Positions 36,471 to 50,078 of a DNA stretch of 64,000 nucleotides are shown here, in pieces. How positions within the stretch are numbered: position 1 is the stretch's first letter; each line of letters opens with the position of its first letter. A program made the translations under genes and the position numbers. The stretch is from Balanoglossus misakiensis (taxonomy: Eukaryota > Animalia > Hemichordata), in NCBI GenBank assembly GCA_040954595.2, contig CM082585.2, positions 2,820,902 to 2,884,901 of the forward strand, given 5' to 3'. The notes below the pieces were generated by a model. The model saw only the letters and a program-made list of their open reading frames with translations. It was not told where the DNA came from and ran no database searches.

Positions 36471-39400
36471 TAATAGCCTGCATCCAGTAGTCCCAAAGTA
36501 GGAGGGCTTCGTGATTAAGAAGAACAAAGATCTAAGCTAACAAACTGCATAAAGCAAATTGGTCTCCTGGTGAGATATATACCATCCACCTCAGCTGGCA
36601 TGATCTCCAGTATATGCCTTGGTGAAGTACAATGCACTCTCCACTGCACTCTTGCTAAAATGGCCTGACTATTCATAATTCCTGATGAGCAATGATTCAT
36701 GGCTGGACAAATAGTCATCACATGGTGAGAAACAAGTGGATCTGGGAGCCTGCTATAAGATAGCATAGGGTTGAAAGCATGAGTTGAAGGTCTAGCTCAA
36801 AGTAGTTTTGAGGAATAGAGTGTTCTGACCTGACCCATCCTCCTGGCAAAGTATTTTTCTTGGCTCCCTTGACATTATTTGAAATTGTGTGTATCATGAA
36901 AATGCCAATCAGCCAGACGGGCCTCCGCCAATAGAGATAAGTCACAGCTGTTAAAACCATCTCAACACATACCAAGAACCATAGACAATAGTAAAGAGAA
37001 AAGAAAACTAATACATATGTAGATTGCAAACTGCGAATGGATTGGCTGAAGGAACAGGATCCAGTGAGTACATGAGTAATACAAGGATTTGAGAGAATAA
37101 TTAAACAGAGCTCGTGCCTGGTCGGTTGATGTGGTATTGGCTGTTCTTGTCTACTAACACTACTTGAATGGATAAGGCTATGTGCTTTCTGGTGATATAG
37201 TAAAAGACAGAACTGCATGAAGCTCAGTTTTATGTACAGGGGTTAATTCCCACAACACTGGACTGCCAGGCATGCAGAAAAAATGGTCTGATGCAAATCA
37301 AGACTTGTAGTGAAGCACGAAGGTTGTCAGGTGATTGTCACCATACATTTCACTGCATTTTGAGGCCTGTCCCCAATGTGTAACGTCTTTGATGGAAACA
37401 TTTTTACACTTGAGTGATTTGGCCTGAGCAATATCCATAAGATCCCATGGTAAAAAAGTTGTCATGAAGTTCAGATGACCAGTCTCAGATAGATGAAGCT
37501 GCCCACAACTTGACAGAGCTGACAATATCAGAGATATCAAAGACAACACCGGTAAATGGTGTGTTTCAATAGTAAAGACAAAAGGAAGATGATCACTATG
37601 ATCAGAGGCTGTATACTAGCTGAAAGATGTATCTTAGTGATCACAGGTGGACGTATACCCCACAGGTGCTGCCTGCACCTCGATAATATCATATGTACAC
37701 GCACATGTACATGTATACCGGTAACCTATCAAATGATACTTTCGTAATGTGGAAAGAATAGTATGCCACTTGCGACAAGGAAGAAGGAATTCTGACAACT
37801 GCTAAAAATTAAAGAGACATCGCATATGGGCAGCCATTGGGAAACCCATTTGCTATAAGTACACATTACTGCCTTGTGAGCTGAATGCCAAGTTGAACTG
37901 TCCTCCAGGGTGGGACCCTGTGGCGATCCATGATTGCTGCATCCCCAAATGGCATGCTAGACACTTGCCTCCGATGAATAGGGGTATATATGTGACATAG
38001 CTGTATCCCAGAAGCCCCGGTGCAGAAGTCGGCAGTGTGATAGAGCATGTCTGTTACAGATCATCCGCCCTTCACTTCCATATTCGGTAAAATCAGTGAT
38101 GGGGATAAATACCCTTTTTTGTCTGTTGGAGTGGGAAATCTGCTGAAATATTCCACTATAGGAGCAAAATAATTCACTTTATAGACTCCAAGAGTTACTG
38201 AACAAGTGTTCTCAGCACAATGCTACTAACCTCCCTCAAGTGATACTGCTAGATTTCAAAACAGCAGTTATAATATGTAAATACGAACCAATGCTAAAGT
38301 GGACAAGGTTGCAAATACTACAGCTGGGCCGGTGGCTCCATGCCTCATAAAGCTGCATTTCTAATACAAGATTCTGCAATATTGAAGTCAGGACACACAT
38401 GGGCCATAGGAGTATGAAAGTAGAAGTAGCACCCAAACCATACACCCACTATGGGTGTAGCAAAATGTTTGGCACAAGTATTAGAAGCAAGAGCCTGTAA
38501 TTTACACAAAGGCTAACAAGACAATACAAAGCAGTATACTGTATATGTTTATATGTTCTCCAAAGATGTTGTTCAACATACTCTCTTAATACGTATGTTC
38601 TATAATTAGCACATGTTTTTTGAACGTGAAAGAAGACTTCCAATCATTGTAGGGACGAACTCTCAATGTCATGGTCCACATTTTCTGAATTTTTATCTCA
38701 AAGCGACTCCAAATTCTTTACAGACACCTTGTATCAAAGGGTCAACAGTTATCATTACAAATTCTACGATTTAGTCTTCCAAGGCTCCGCCTAATCTAGT
38801 TCTTGAATAAAACTGACTTTCCATGGACTCTCCTCATCAAGTTATGCAAGGCAATCCATTGTTAATGACACTGTCTCTACTGGATCGACAGTTAAAGGGG
38901 CGAAATCATAACACCAAACAAATAACCCACAAAAGTGACAAATTGGCGATGACGTGAAGAAATTCACACAAAGTGGCGTCTGCTGGGAGCTGTATCAAAC
39001 CTCACTGCAAACAACACGTCACAATACCATCCAATATGGACCAACATCCACATTAGATTATATTGTGAAACAAATCAATGAAAATGTGTATCGTAAAACA
39101 CACAGTCATGGAACCATGTGTAAACAAATTAGATATAATCAAAATCAAAATTGAATGACAGAGATAAAAAAACATTCTGAATGCAGAGATTTTTTTTCTG
39201 AATGCTCAAGAATTCTTACTCCAAGCTCGGTAGTGGACATTTGCACATGGTACCCCTGACGTAAAGTGTATATTTTATCGTAAAGCACACAGTCAGGGAA
39301 GTGTAAACAAAACTAGATATATTCAAAATCAAAGAAAACGAATGGCGGAATGACTAAGTGATCCAATGTAAACTTTTCTGTACATTATGAAAACAATAAT

Positions 39401-40054
39401 TGTAACTCATAGAAAACTGACATCTTTTCTGAATATTGAAGGTTTGATGTCAAATGGGCAATTTGAATCACTGGTTATCAATTTTGAGACGGTTTTGGCA
39501 ACCAGACCTGATGTAAGGATTAACACCTCTCCACAACCCATTATCTATGGGGCCAAGCCTCAGCGCCTATACATAAACTTTGTGTGTGTGGACACAAGCG
39601 ACTCAAAGGATTAATTCTCTGTGTTTACAAAAGGCAAATAGTATCTCCGAAATGTTTCAAATTTTTACCTGTGTGACCGTGGTATTATAAACAGGTACCC
39701 TACACTTTGAATGACACACACACTTACACCACACAAACAAACAAACAAACAAACAAACATAAATACCCTATAACTATACTATATTATAACTAACTATAAC
39801 TACAAGTAACAACTAACAAAATAACTTAATATACCTAATTAAATAAACCGTTCAAATACAGATGTGTACACCAAAATTAACTAAATTTACACAAATATAT
39901 AAAAATGCATGGCAGGGATGCCCCCAAAACTACCGTAAGCACTGCAAGCTGGGAGTCCATGCGTCTACGGACCTCTGTTGACAGATGAGTCATCATGGAG
40001 ACTGCATGGTAGTTGGACTTCTGGTCCAAATCATCTTGCAGCATTCCTCTGCTA

Positions 40055-40281
40055 TGGTGGCATACAGATCAATCTCTGCCATCCTGCAACGCAGCATCTA
40101 GTTTCTGCATGGTACTAATGGTAGTCGGACTTCAATCTGCCAGTTGGCACACAGATCAGTGTTCTCCATCCTGCAAACCAGCATCTAGTTTCTGCATGGT
40201 ACTATTGGTAGTCAGACTTCAAACTGCTATGGTGGCATAAAGATCAATCTCCACCATCCTGCAGCCCAGAATCTAGTTTCT
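40055..40281. repeat. Minisatellite, ~2.6 x 87-88 bp, overlapping the last coding exon
   Basis: tctagtttct anchor at 40097, 40184 and 40272 with conserved ccatcctgca and agatca. Confidence 0.85.
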
Positions 40282-40286
40282 CGTAT
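40244..40286 (-). CDS. Terminal coding exon of predicted coiled-coil protein gene ((R)YEKLDSGLQDGGD*)
   Basis: Acceptor gtttgcttttttcag. Phase-2 start matches the upstream exon. Confidence 0.55.
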
Positions 40287-41329
40287 CTGAAAAAAGCAAA
40301 CAGATGCCGTACAGGAAAATATAAATGATGAGCTGGGGGTGGTGGTGACAATGAGGAGTAATTTAACTGCATGTGACACAAAAGACAAATTACCGCGATC
40401 AAACACCCTCTATAACTCCAGGCATTGTCTTTGCAGTACACATGCCAGGTAATGCAAATTGTGTAAGAATCCATCAAGTTTTACTTTATGCAGGCTACAT
40501 GACAATGACTCATGCTCAGTTTTTTATGGACTTGTTATTTTGTGCCTTTCTAAATGACTTCTGGGTGTTTGTAAAACTTGTAACGAGCAGTAATGAGCAG
40601 AAACTTGCAGTAATGACCAATAACATCCTAGAAATAGACAGAATGGGTAATCACAAATACTGTGGAAATGCTGATCGTTTCCAATTTCATATTATACCCG
40701 TATAGTCATCTGAAGTTATGCAATCAGTGTCAATTATCATGACCGTTTTCATGGAACTAAACAGTTGTTTAATTTCATATCATTGCTGGAAAAAAGTCAT
40801 CGTCGATGACTTCGTTCACGCTGGTTTGATGTTCTTGGTATTTGTGCTCGAGTGTTGGTTTGTTTTCGCATACTTTAAATGTTGTGCATTGATTTTTTTG
40901 GACCTTGTTCCAGAAGTGGTGAGCGAAAAATTTTTTTAAATGTTTTTAGGCAGAAGGTAAAACCAGTTCTCTGGCATATTTGCACAAATGCAGACAATGC
41001 GAGATAATTGTTTTGCTTTTTACCAGAAATATCTCTGATACATGTACAGTATTTGTAACTGAATTCAATACTGTATTTCCCAACCAAAAAAAACAGGCCA
41101 TTATATATACAGTTGGTGTTTGCACAACATATTCTGAGTATTTCCACATGCTCTCAGAATAAAATAAAATGCACAGCAAATCACTGAAATCCAACAATTA
41201 AGTATTATTCTTTAATATTGTCCTGGTGGGATCTGGCATCTGAGTTTTTTTTTTTTTCATTTTACTTTGGCCCCATGTCTTGGCCTCTTTACTGTCTCTA
41301 CACATTCTACACGATGGTCTAACAACACT

Positions 41330-41720
41330 GTACAGACTATCTCTCACTACGCACACTGTTCTCACACTCCTGGCACGCTGGGAGTGTGAGAACAAATTGA
41401 TCCCACACTTTCACTGAATCGAAAGCTGTATCTGACGCTCGCACTGATTGGTTGACAAAGCGTTCTTTTGCAAACGCGCACTAAATTTTATCCAATGGCG
41501 CGATGTGTATGTACAGGGACAGAGACTACAACGTGCCTAGACTACAGTTCCAGAGTTGTTTATTCAATTTTTTAACGAATTTGGCTAAATTGTGGCTGTA
41601 TGAGAAATATAAGCTCACACACCAAGGACCTGGGATCATATTTCTCACACTTCTCGGACAGAAAATCCCCAACTCTAGCGAGAAATATGATCCCAGGTCC
41701 TTGGGTGTGTGAGATTCTAT
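41330..41720. mobile_element. Palindrome-rich non-autonomous element, unclassified
   Basis: Hairpin tgttctcacactcc/ggagtgtgagaaca (~41356-41393) and a ~33-bp inverted repeat ctcacacaccaaggacctgggatcatatttctc (41614-41713). Confidence 0.55.
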
Positions 41721-43066
41721 TATTCTGGCCACGGTAGCCATGTCTAATTTGTTCCAGTCTGCACCAAGTTCGTCAAACAGCTGAATAATATCATTGTAAT
41801 AGCTATTGGGAAACATCTATTCCGTCAGGCAGACCAACTTCAGTAGCAGTGGACATCATGATCAAAAACACATTTTGAATGTGGCTGCCAGTATCAAATG
41901 GCGCGGTAGCGGAAGTAGACGGAATGGCTTCGTGTGCAAATTGTCTTATTAGACACACTGAACACTGCAAAATTCATGTTGAACTCGCTGTAGACTGACT
42001 CCTCAGATCGTATTTAAACATCAACGCAACCATGTGTTTTGTCGCTGTCATAAATTTTATACACTTTCGAAGCAATTTTCATTCAACCAGATGCACCAAC
42101 CATCTGCTGTCACAATCTTGTTAAACAAATTGCTGAACTTTGGAACTAAATGTTCGCTGTCACGTCGAATGTTGGTTAATACTCATTATGTGACATGAAC
42201 CAACCTTTACTAATAGAATGAAGAAATTTCTGCCCAAATCTACCCCCTTTGAATTGTCATTTGCCAAATATTTACATCACAACAACGTGTTGGCGCTCAA
42301 CTCACTCAAAACAAGTTGGAAGTCTATGGCGTATATTTCGTATTAATTTTATTTATATTTTGTTTTGTTTTTGATTTCTTTTCATTTTCTTTTCAAACAA
42401 AAACACACAAACAAACAAAAACACAAATAAAAACACACAAACTATAGATATATTTATGCATTTTAACATTGGCAGCGATGGGCCGCCATAGAAGACTAAA
42501 TTCAAAATGCTTTGCCCGTGAAAACCCGAGAAAGTGTAGGGCGCCACCAACGGCAGTACTAGGAATATTTGTAATGCAGAAGTAAGAATTTGCCACAATC
42601 CAAAAAAAAAAATTCCATAACAGCTAAAGTAGAATAAGCAGTGATTCCAATGAACAATTTATCTTTTCTTCTTCAGCAATAGAGTACCGGTAAATACACA
42701 CAAATTTGCAAATCAATCTGACTAGTAGTTGTTCAGTTACTGAGTTTTGACCAAATTTTTGGTCATTATTGCTCCTTATCAATCATTCTATCTATTTCAA
42801 GGTCATCATTGGTCATTACTGTAGGTTAACTGCTTGTTACAAGTTTTAGAAACACCTGTGTTTTGTTGGCACATGATTCAACATTACACACAACATGTGT
42901 CCCTTTTGTGTAGTGGACAACATTGTTGTTTTGGGATGATTTACAACTATATGCACAGATTCAGTGTGTACGGTTGGCTGATCCAGAGTTTGAACTCAAA
43001 ATGATTAAATCATGCCAACAAAATGCCAGGATGTAAAGGTCACACAGGGGTCATGATTCACCGTAC

Positions 43067-43198
43067 CTTTCAGCAGCATCTTTCCACCACGTTTTCAACA
43101 CTCTGGCTTTTTGGCTGAAAGCGGTCAGTGCCTCATCCATTTGTTCAAAATGTTGGTGGTACTCATTCTTGTTTTTTCCATGCTGCAGATTATCCCAG
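43067..43198 (-). CDS. Internal exon, 132 nt, of predicted coiled-coil protein gene
   Basis: tttctttcag acceptor, AAG|gtacgg donor, open frame (S)WDNLQHG...WWKDAAE, phase 2-2. Confidence 0.7.
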
Positions 43199-43234
43199 CT
43201 GAAAGAAACCCAAGACATTACAACATTAGAGATA

Positions 43235-43415
43235 CTGTAAAACATGTTATTTTTGCGAGTTGAAATTTTTCGTGATGTTGAGAGAGGCAACTGTTAAGCG
43301 AGAATTAATTTTCGCATTCTCATGCACATTGTTCTTTCACAACTATATTTCGCATATTTTTTGCTTTCCCATATTTCGCTTAAATTTATTGCTCGCTAAA
43401 TAACCTGTTCCACAG
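43235..43415. mobile_element. Tc1/mariner(pogo)-like MITE
   Basis: ta|ctgtaaaacatgttattt ... aaataacctgttccacag|ta: imperfect TIR with TA TSD. Confidence 0.6.
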
Positions 43416-44354
43416 TAGTTGATAGTATGCACAAGACTCATGGGCTCAAACTGACTCATATTTCAGCAATTTACGGGTTATTTTCAGTGATTTCCAAAAT
43501 TGTTAGACACGTATGTGCACCCTCTTCAAGAAACTGCCACATTCTTGGTATATACACACATACAAACGAAAGCTAAGACATTATTGAAAAAGATGCAATT
43601 TAAAAGACACATAACTCTTCAATGCTGTTCATTTACTTCTTTCACCACATTGGTGGTTTGATCCAAATATGTTGTTTTCAAAAGTCTGGCCAATATACAT
43701 ACAAACAGGGGTGGCCCCTGATGAGAAAATGCAATGGACCATATTGGCCCCTACACGCCAACCACAATTCAAATTCTGGGTCAGAACTACTATAATATTT
43801 GCAGACACCTTTTCAATTTTGGTGGACGCAATTTTCATTTATATGGACCCAATTTATACAAAATTTGGCTGAGGCGATTTGCAGCCAGACCACTTTTTTT
43901 GTCATTTGGGCGCATTTTGACGACTTCGTTTTGCCTGGGTGATGCAACTCTGTCGACGTACTCAGAGCATTTTCACTGCTTTAATTTCTTTTTTTACACT
44001 GAGTGACTGTTGACAAAATGACTTCCACATAATTAAACCGTTTCATTTTGGTTGGCACAAAAACTCTAAGACCATATTTCTTTTGAGTGTACATTATTTT
44101 TGAACTGCTTGAGACTGGGCCAACCAGTCATGCGGTACATGATGACTACTGTCATGAGATACCACATGTACAATGTGCAAATAATATGAGTGCGCTCTGA
44201 TTGAAATGAAAATTGTGCAAAATATAAAATGTGAATATTATAGTTCTGACCACATAATTAGACCGCTTAATTTTTGTTCTCACAAAGGTGCCACTGAAGG
44301 ATCATGTACTGCGATATATTCAACTTTACACATACAAGTGTACGCCACACGTAC

Positions 44355-44551
44355 CTTGTCTCCTGCTCCAATGTCTTGAAAGTATCGGCCAGTTTCGTAA
44401 AATCATGTAACATTGCCTCGTTTTGTGAAATCCATTCTATTTTGATTTGTAGCCGTTCTTGTTTCCTCAGAAGGATCATTTTCTGCCTGTGAAAGGTCTT
44501 TGTAAGTTCTTCCAACGATAACTTTTTCTCTTCAATGTGCTTGTGCTGAAC
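44355..44551 (-). CDS. Internal exon, 197 nt, of predicted coiled-coil protein gene
   Basis: ttttttcctcag acceptor, AAG|gtacgt donor, single open frame VQHKHIEEKKLSLEEL...TLEQET rich in E/K/Q/L, phase 0-2. Confidence 0.72.
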
Positions 44552-44782
44552 CTGAGGAAAAAACAAAACAAGCTTTAAACATTGCCTGTAGAAGAAATGT
44601 TTCCAGTGTCTTGTTCCTGGCCTGCTCCCCTACCCCATTCCCACTGCTGGCTGTGCCAGCTAAAAGGCAAGGGTCAGGTACTGGCCGCCGTCTTGCACAA
44701 ATTTCTGGTCAGCCATGCCCAGGATGACTGCTTCTAACGTTCGCACACAGGTACTGTCAAAGTCAGGTGCACCACATAAGAT

Positions 44783-45090
44783 CCATCCATCGATCCATAC
44801 ATACATACATCCATACATACATACATGCATGTGTACGCACGCACGCACGCACGCACACATGCACATACATACATACATACATACATACATACATACATAC
44901 ATACATACATACATACATACATACACACATACATTCATATGCATGCATGCATGCATGCCTACATACATGCACACACAAATAGGTTTGTACATACTTCCAT
45001 ACATACATACATACATACTTAAATACATACATAAATTCATACACACACATACATAGTACATACACACGCAAATACTTACATACATACATA
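44783..45090. repeat. (CATA)n/(CACG)n compound microsatellite
   Basis: Directly visible. It explains the spurious low-complexity ORFs here. Confidence 0.95.
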
Positions 45091-45562
45091 ATTGCCATAA
45101 CAGTTTAATGTGCCCATACTTACGAAAACACAACACACCACTGCTACAACAGCAACTGCGATCAGCAGCCATTGCCAGTTAACCTCATAGAGCTGGAAAG
45201 TAAAAATACAACTGTTAAGTGATAATGCACCTACTATACCAAACACAGATCTTGCACGTATTGAAATTTTGCGTAATATTGTAGCACTTTAAAGTGAAGG
45301 GGTCAGCGCGCTGTGATTGTTTGTTGATAGACATTAGAATTCACCTTCAAATCCCTGAAATTAAATAATTCCTAGAATGAACGAAGCAGCCAACCGTAGC
45401 AACTGAAGATCCTGGTTGTGGTGACTGCAGTGAGGTTTGTGCAGGTATGGGAAGACGTATTCTCATCAGGGGGGACACCCACGCAGCGCGACAACCGCTT
45501 CCCTTTAAACATTGTATGAAAGCACACATGACTAAGAGGTCAGAAAAACCAAAGCTACTTAC

Positions 45563-45601
45563 ATTGGGCTTTCCTGGGGGATCTTGTAGAGGATCCTTTA
45601 C
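45563..45601 (-). CDS. Candidate 39-nt symmetric microexon (VKDPLQDPPGKPN)
   Basis: Branch-like gctaat, pyrimidine tract, tag acceptor, AAT|gtaagt donor. Phase 0-0 fits between the flanking exons. Confidence 0.45.
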
Positions 45602-46023
45602 CTAGATCAAATTATACAAAAAAGAGAATTAGCAAATCATTGAAACTGAAATGTTGAAAACTGTCAATGTCATGCCATTTCGGTCAATGACACATTACTG
45701 AGTATTGAATGATGGATCAAGGTACATTATAAAACCCAAGATAAGCACATTTTTAAAGGACCACAAATAGTTGATCCAATTTACATATGGACTTCAAATT
45801 ATTACTTTAAAATTGTTGATCAAAGTCAGAGTAAATGAAGTCCAATAACTCGTACCATAATACTTGTGTTATTAGTTTCAGGGGATAAATATATAATTTA
45901 CTCGAAAATTATAATTATGCAAAGTTTCTGACAAAAATACCAATATTTCTTTCATGTTGCTTTTACTGTTGATGCTCGTGAGCCTATATAGGTTGTTCAA
46001 ATTTAAAAACATCGTCACAGCCA

Positions 46024-46040
46024 GCCGCTAGAGGGCGCTG
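46024..46040 (+). promoter_or_regulatory. CTCF consensus-like motif
   Basis: gccgctagagggcgctg matches the bilaterian CTCF core CC(A/G)CYAGRGGGCGC. Motif match only. Confidence 0.4.
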
Positions 46041-47659
46041 TTATGTATTTGAATGCCCATGAATGTGCAACTCGATCGTACAGTACACCCATGTCACAGA
46101 TAGCCTTCTCAGGCACTCATAAATTCATACTGGTATTAGCTTTATCCCCATTTGCCAGAATGTAGCACAAATTCGTTTGTTTCCATCATTGCAGAATCTG
46201 ATTGAACAATGCTTAAAAACTTGGACAGAAAACATCAGTAAGACAACAAATGATTTGTTACATAAAGTCTGTACAATATGGCTACAGTTACATTCATGAT
46301 TGCCATGGCATAAAGGTTAGAAGTATCATCAGTGGTTCCATTAATGCAAAATCCTGCGCATTTCAAAATGTCTGACCATAATTACACAAAGATAATGAAG
46401 GATGCATACACCACAAGTGCAAATTTGCAAATTGTATTCAGCGAGGCTTACAAGATAAAAATAATGCAGAAATGCACAGAAATGTTACAATTTTCACTCA
46501 GGTAACATGGCATTGATATATAGAAATCTTTGTAATAATGTACCGGTACGGTGGTGTTCTTTTCAGGCTTTCAAATGCCTACCCAAGGCAATATTGTTAC
46601 ATTTAGGCGAAGTAAATTCTGAATGCATATTGAAGTATGCAAAGGAAAAATAATCGAACAGAACCTCTGTATCACGTGATTGAACTTGTATGAACATGCA
46701 GGATGACAGACATAGGAGGACAGACACTCTGTTAATTATATGGTAGCTTTAAAACCACATAGTCCTTGTGCCATGTGTGAACAAAATGTGTTTGGCTATT
46801 TCTGGGTTACAAATAAAAAGAGAATTCAGTTTCAGGTTTTTTGCAATTGTTGTGAATCACTTACCATGCATCGCAATGTTGTCAGTCTTTCTTCCCTTGC
46901 TCCTATTCTGTTTAGAGCACTCTGTCTCTGCCTAATTCTCTGTATATGAAATAGGAAGAATATATTCATTTAGGATTATAAGAGACACTTTCAGGAATTG
47001 CAGCATGGTGTCAATTATCAACGTCCTTAAATTCTTAAAGTTTATATTTTGAAACAATGACATGGAGGAACAGGCTGGTGCATAGTACAACATCATTATG
47101 CATACTAGGTCACATGATATTATGGCCATTAAAAGAATCATTTTTTAGCCCATTTTACTTCAGAAAACTGCTGGCTGATTGCTGGTTGCCATGTGTGTAT
47201 CAATTAAGAAGACTTTGCAGCATTGTTCAAGAGAGTGTTGGCAGTCTATGGTGTGACAATCCATGACAAAATTACAACTCCTCATTTTGCTATTCTTATT
47301 TCTATTCAACATTCCATTTCTTAGTTTAAAATTTGATTTCACTATTCAACTTTCCATTTTTCAGTGCAACAATTCGATTTCATAACGTTGACTTACAGAT
47401 AGTCAGATTGAATCTGGTGACTGCGTATTCACGCATGTAGAATTTCTTCATTTAGAATTGGAATTTTACATTGTCAGCATAATTGGGATTTTGCATAGTC
47501 AGCGACATTCAGAAATCTGTTCCAACAGAAATACTACATGCGTGAATACGCAGACTCCTTGATAAAATTGTCATCAATTTCTCGGTTATCGGTAATATTA
47601 AACTCCAAACTAAATATATTTGTTTGTGAATTCTAAATTGTATTTCAAAATTAACATAC

Positions 47660-47727
47660 CTTATAGCTCTCTTCGGTTCGCTGGAGCCGGATTGTTCTGA
47701 ACTTTGAGGAATGGTATTCCCACATAT
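47660..47727 (-). CDS. Upstream exon, 68 nt (MWEYHSSKFRTIRLQRTEESYK; ATG at 47725)
   Basis: tttttag acceptor, AAG|gtatgt donor. The phase-0 end matches the downstream exons. Confidence 0.55.
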
Positions 47728-48186
47728 CTAAAAATAATGAAATGACATCAAGGATGATAAAAAACAAATTTAATTATTTCAAATAAAGTGGTATCATACC
47801 ACAGGTCTGTTTCCTCGTTTTCATGTAAGCTTACTTGCAAATTGAATATTGATAACGGTGTAAATTGTCCAGGTCTGAGACAGTAAATTGTACTATTTTA
47901 CTGGTTATATAATAATGAGGAATTACAGGCCCACCATTATAATCACAACTTGAAGCTGTCTAAGAGAGCGAACATTATTTATTTAGGGCCTGAAGAGGTG
48001 TTGGAGGAATTTCACCAGGCACATATGCATGCCAAACCAAGCCTGTTGCTGGATTATAACCAAAGGTGTAAACGTACCCGCCTTATTGGTCAACACACTG
48101 AGAAACATAGAAAAATATGAGATGTTTATTCGAGGGCCAATGGCAATATCAGGGGGCATACTTCGCCATAATATTACTCACTGTCT

Positions 48187-48232
48187 TAGCCCCGTGTAAC
48201 GCCTGGAACACACAGACCTGTACGCAGGGCTA
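48187..48232. mobile_element. 46-bp deletion derivative of the 61-303 MITE family
   Basis: tagccccgtgta...gaacacacagacctgtacgcagggcta, with a 9-bp TSD tcactgtct/taactgtct (1 mismatch). Confidence 0.65.
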
Positions 48233-50019
48233 TAACTGTCTATACTACAGAGTTTTACTAACATGCATGCGGATTTTAACCTGGAATTGTGTGTGGACGG
48301 CGTCTAAATGTTTCCGTCAATACACACATTCTACACTACATGTATACTCACAAGGTAAAACCTCGAGCTACGATTCTGCATCTGCGTTTGGGTTTAGTCG
48401 TGTATCACATCATATCGTGGCTGAAAACTGTATTCTACCTGTCTCATCATTGCTTGGACCATGACTCCTTGATTCAGCTCGACATGACTCAAGTTGAAGA
48501 CACAATAAATCAATATAAATATTACTTCTGGTCGACGCACAGTCTCATGAGTCATGGCGCTCGAGTGCTTTTTTGACAGGCCAAAGGTCAACCCTGTTGA
48601 GGGCGTGCTCCGGTTATAATATTATAATACTGTACTATAAAAAATAATTTTCAAGTTGAAAATGAACTGCGGACGGGAACGTGGGCCTGCACTGGTCGAT
48701 ACCATATTATTTATGGGACTGTCAATACCGACAACCTAGTTTAACATGTGTGTCTGCAAAATAGTCCGAGACACAGTCATTGCGGCTTGTTCAACGCCAG
48801 AAAATTAAAATACAAACAACTGGCAGAAAACTTGGTGTGTTTTCGTTTGGATATTCTAAGACTGGAAAACATATCGCTCGAGGGCACTCGCTGAGCTCCG
48901 TCATCATTCAGTGGACGGTGAAAAATAGCCCTAAAATGTAGACAGTGACACTATAAATGGCGGCTGGACAGCGAAAGCCACTAATAAATATTTCCAAAAA
49001 AGCAGGAAAGTGAATTTCGCTCATTTGTCATTTGTGGCAAATGCTGTAGACACGGAGCAAGTACGCGAGAATACTAATGCGTGAATATTCGTCAAATTGA
49101 AAGTCTTGTCACTTCTCTTTACAAGTTGCTGGTTGTTTATTCTCCTTTGTAAGCATTTTTTCGATCGCTAATAAATTGCAGGGGGTTAAAACGTGCTTGG
49201 TTTTGAAATTCAAGGCCGTGAGATTAGTCGATCATAATAAAAATAAAAACTACCGAGGCAACAATTTTCCGTTTTCCCCATGGGTGAACATATCTCGAAA
49301 TTGAGCACGTTGGCTATTCAATTGTTTTCTACCATTCAATTTTAATTCATTTGACTGAGCTATGGGTAGACCTAAACGTTCATGAAAATGACAATAGCAG
49401 ACGTGGGTTTTCTAGCAATCCTATGGGAAAAGACAAATTGAAAGCGCTTGTACAGATTGTAATTTATACTCGGCTGCTGTCTTCCACGTGGATCTATTCA
49501 TGGTGTACGGTGTGCCTCAATACTTTGTTTACTTTCTATTTCATTCGACGCTAATGTTTAGACCATGTAATTAGTTCTACTGTATGGAGATAGTCAATTA
49601 AAGAGGCCCTGGTGGGCCTATAGGCTTCATGTAAATCTTGACATTCTTATGATATCAATTGGTCCGACTTGCTGCTTTGAACCATGTATTGTTTTTGCAT
49701 TTCTGCACTCAATGTCGAATACGTCCATCTGCCATTATTCCAACACGAAGGCCTAATTCAAGCAGAAAACATGACAAATTGTCGCAACAAAAAACCTGCC
49801 GTTCTTTCTTTACAACCTACTTGCTTATGGATTCTCTTGGTACAAGACGGATATGTCATGCACAACGCGAACCAGAACATATAATATAGGGACCTGGCAG
49901 CTACCTATGGGAAGTTGCGCGCAAACACAAGGAAAAATCATTAACAATATATATTATACTTACTTCAATCTTTTGGCCCAGGGACAGCAACAAATCCGAA
50001 GAAAAACTAATATTGAAAC

Positions 50020-50027
50020 TATAACTA

Positions 50028-50078
<51 letters not shown>

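Larger units (their letters stand above)
27560..39050. repeat. Large degenerate inverted duplication centred near 30.2 kb
   Basis: Colinear reverse-complement blocks: 27560-27990/38625-39050, 28075-28160/35470-35550, 28262-28284/32981-33001, 28280-28432/32215-32370, 29232-29265/31320-31352, 29420-29928/30491-30993. Confidence 0.85.

Noticed and set aside
44660-45172. ORFs of 65-170 aa, and similar ones at 21601 and 26730
   Set aside because: Translations of microsatellites.
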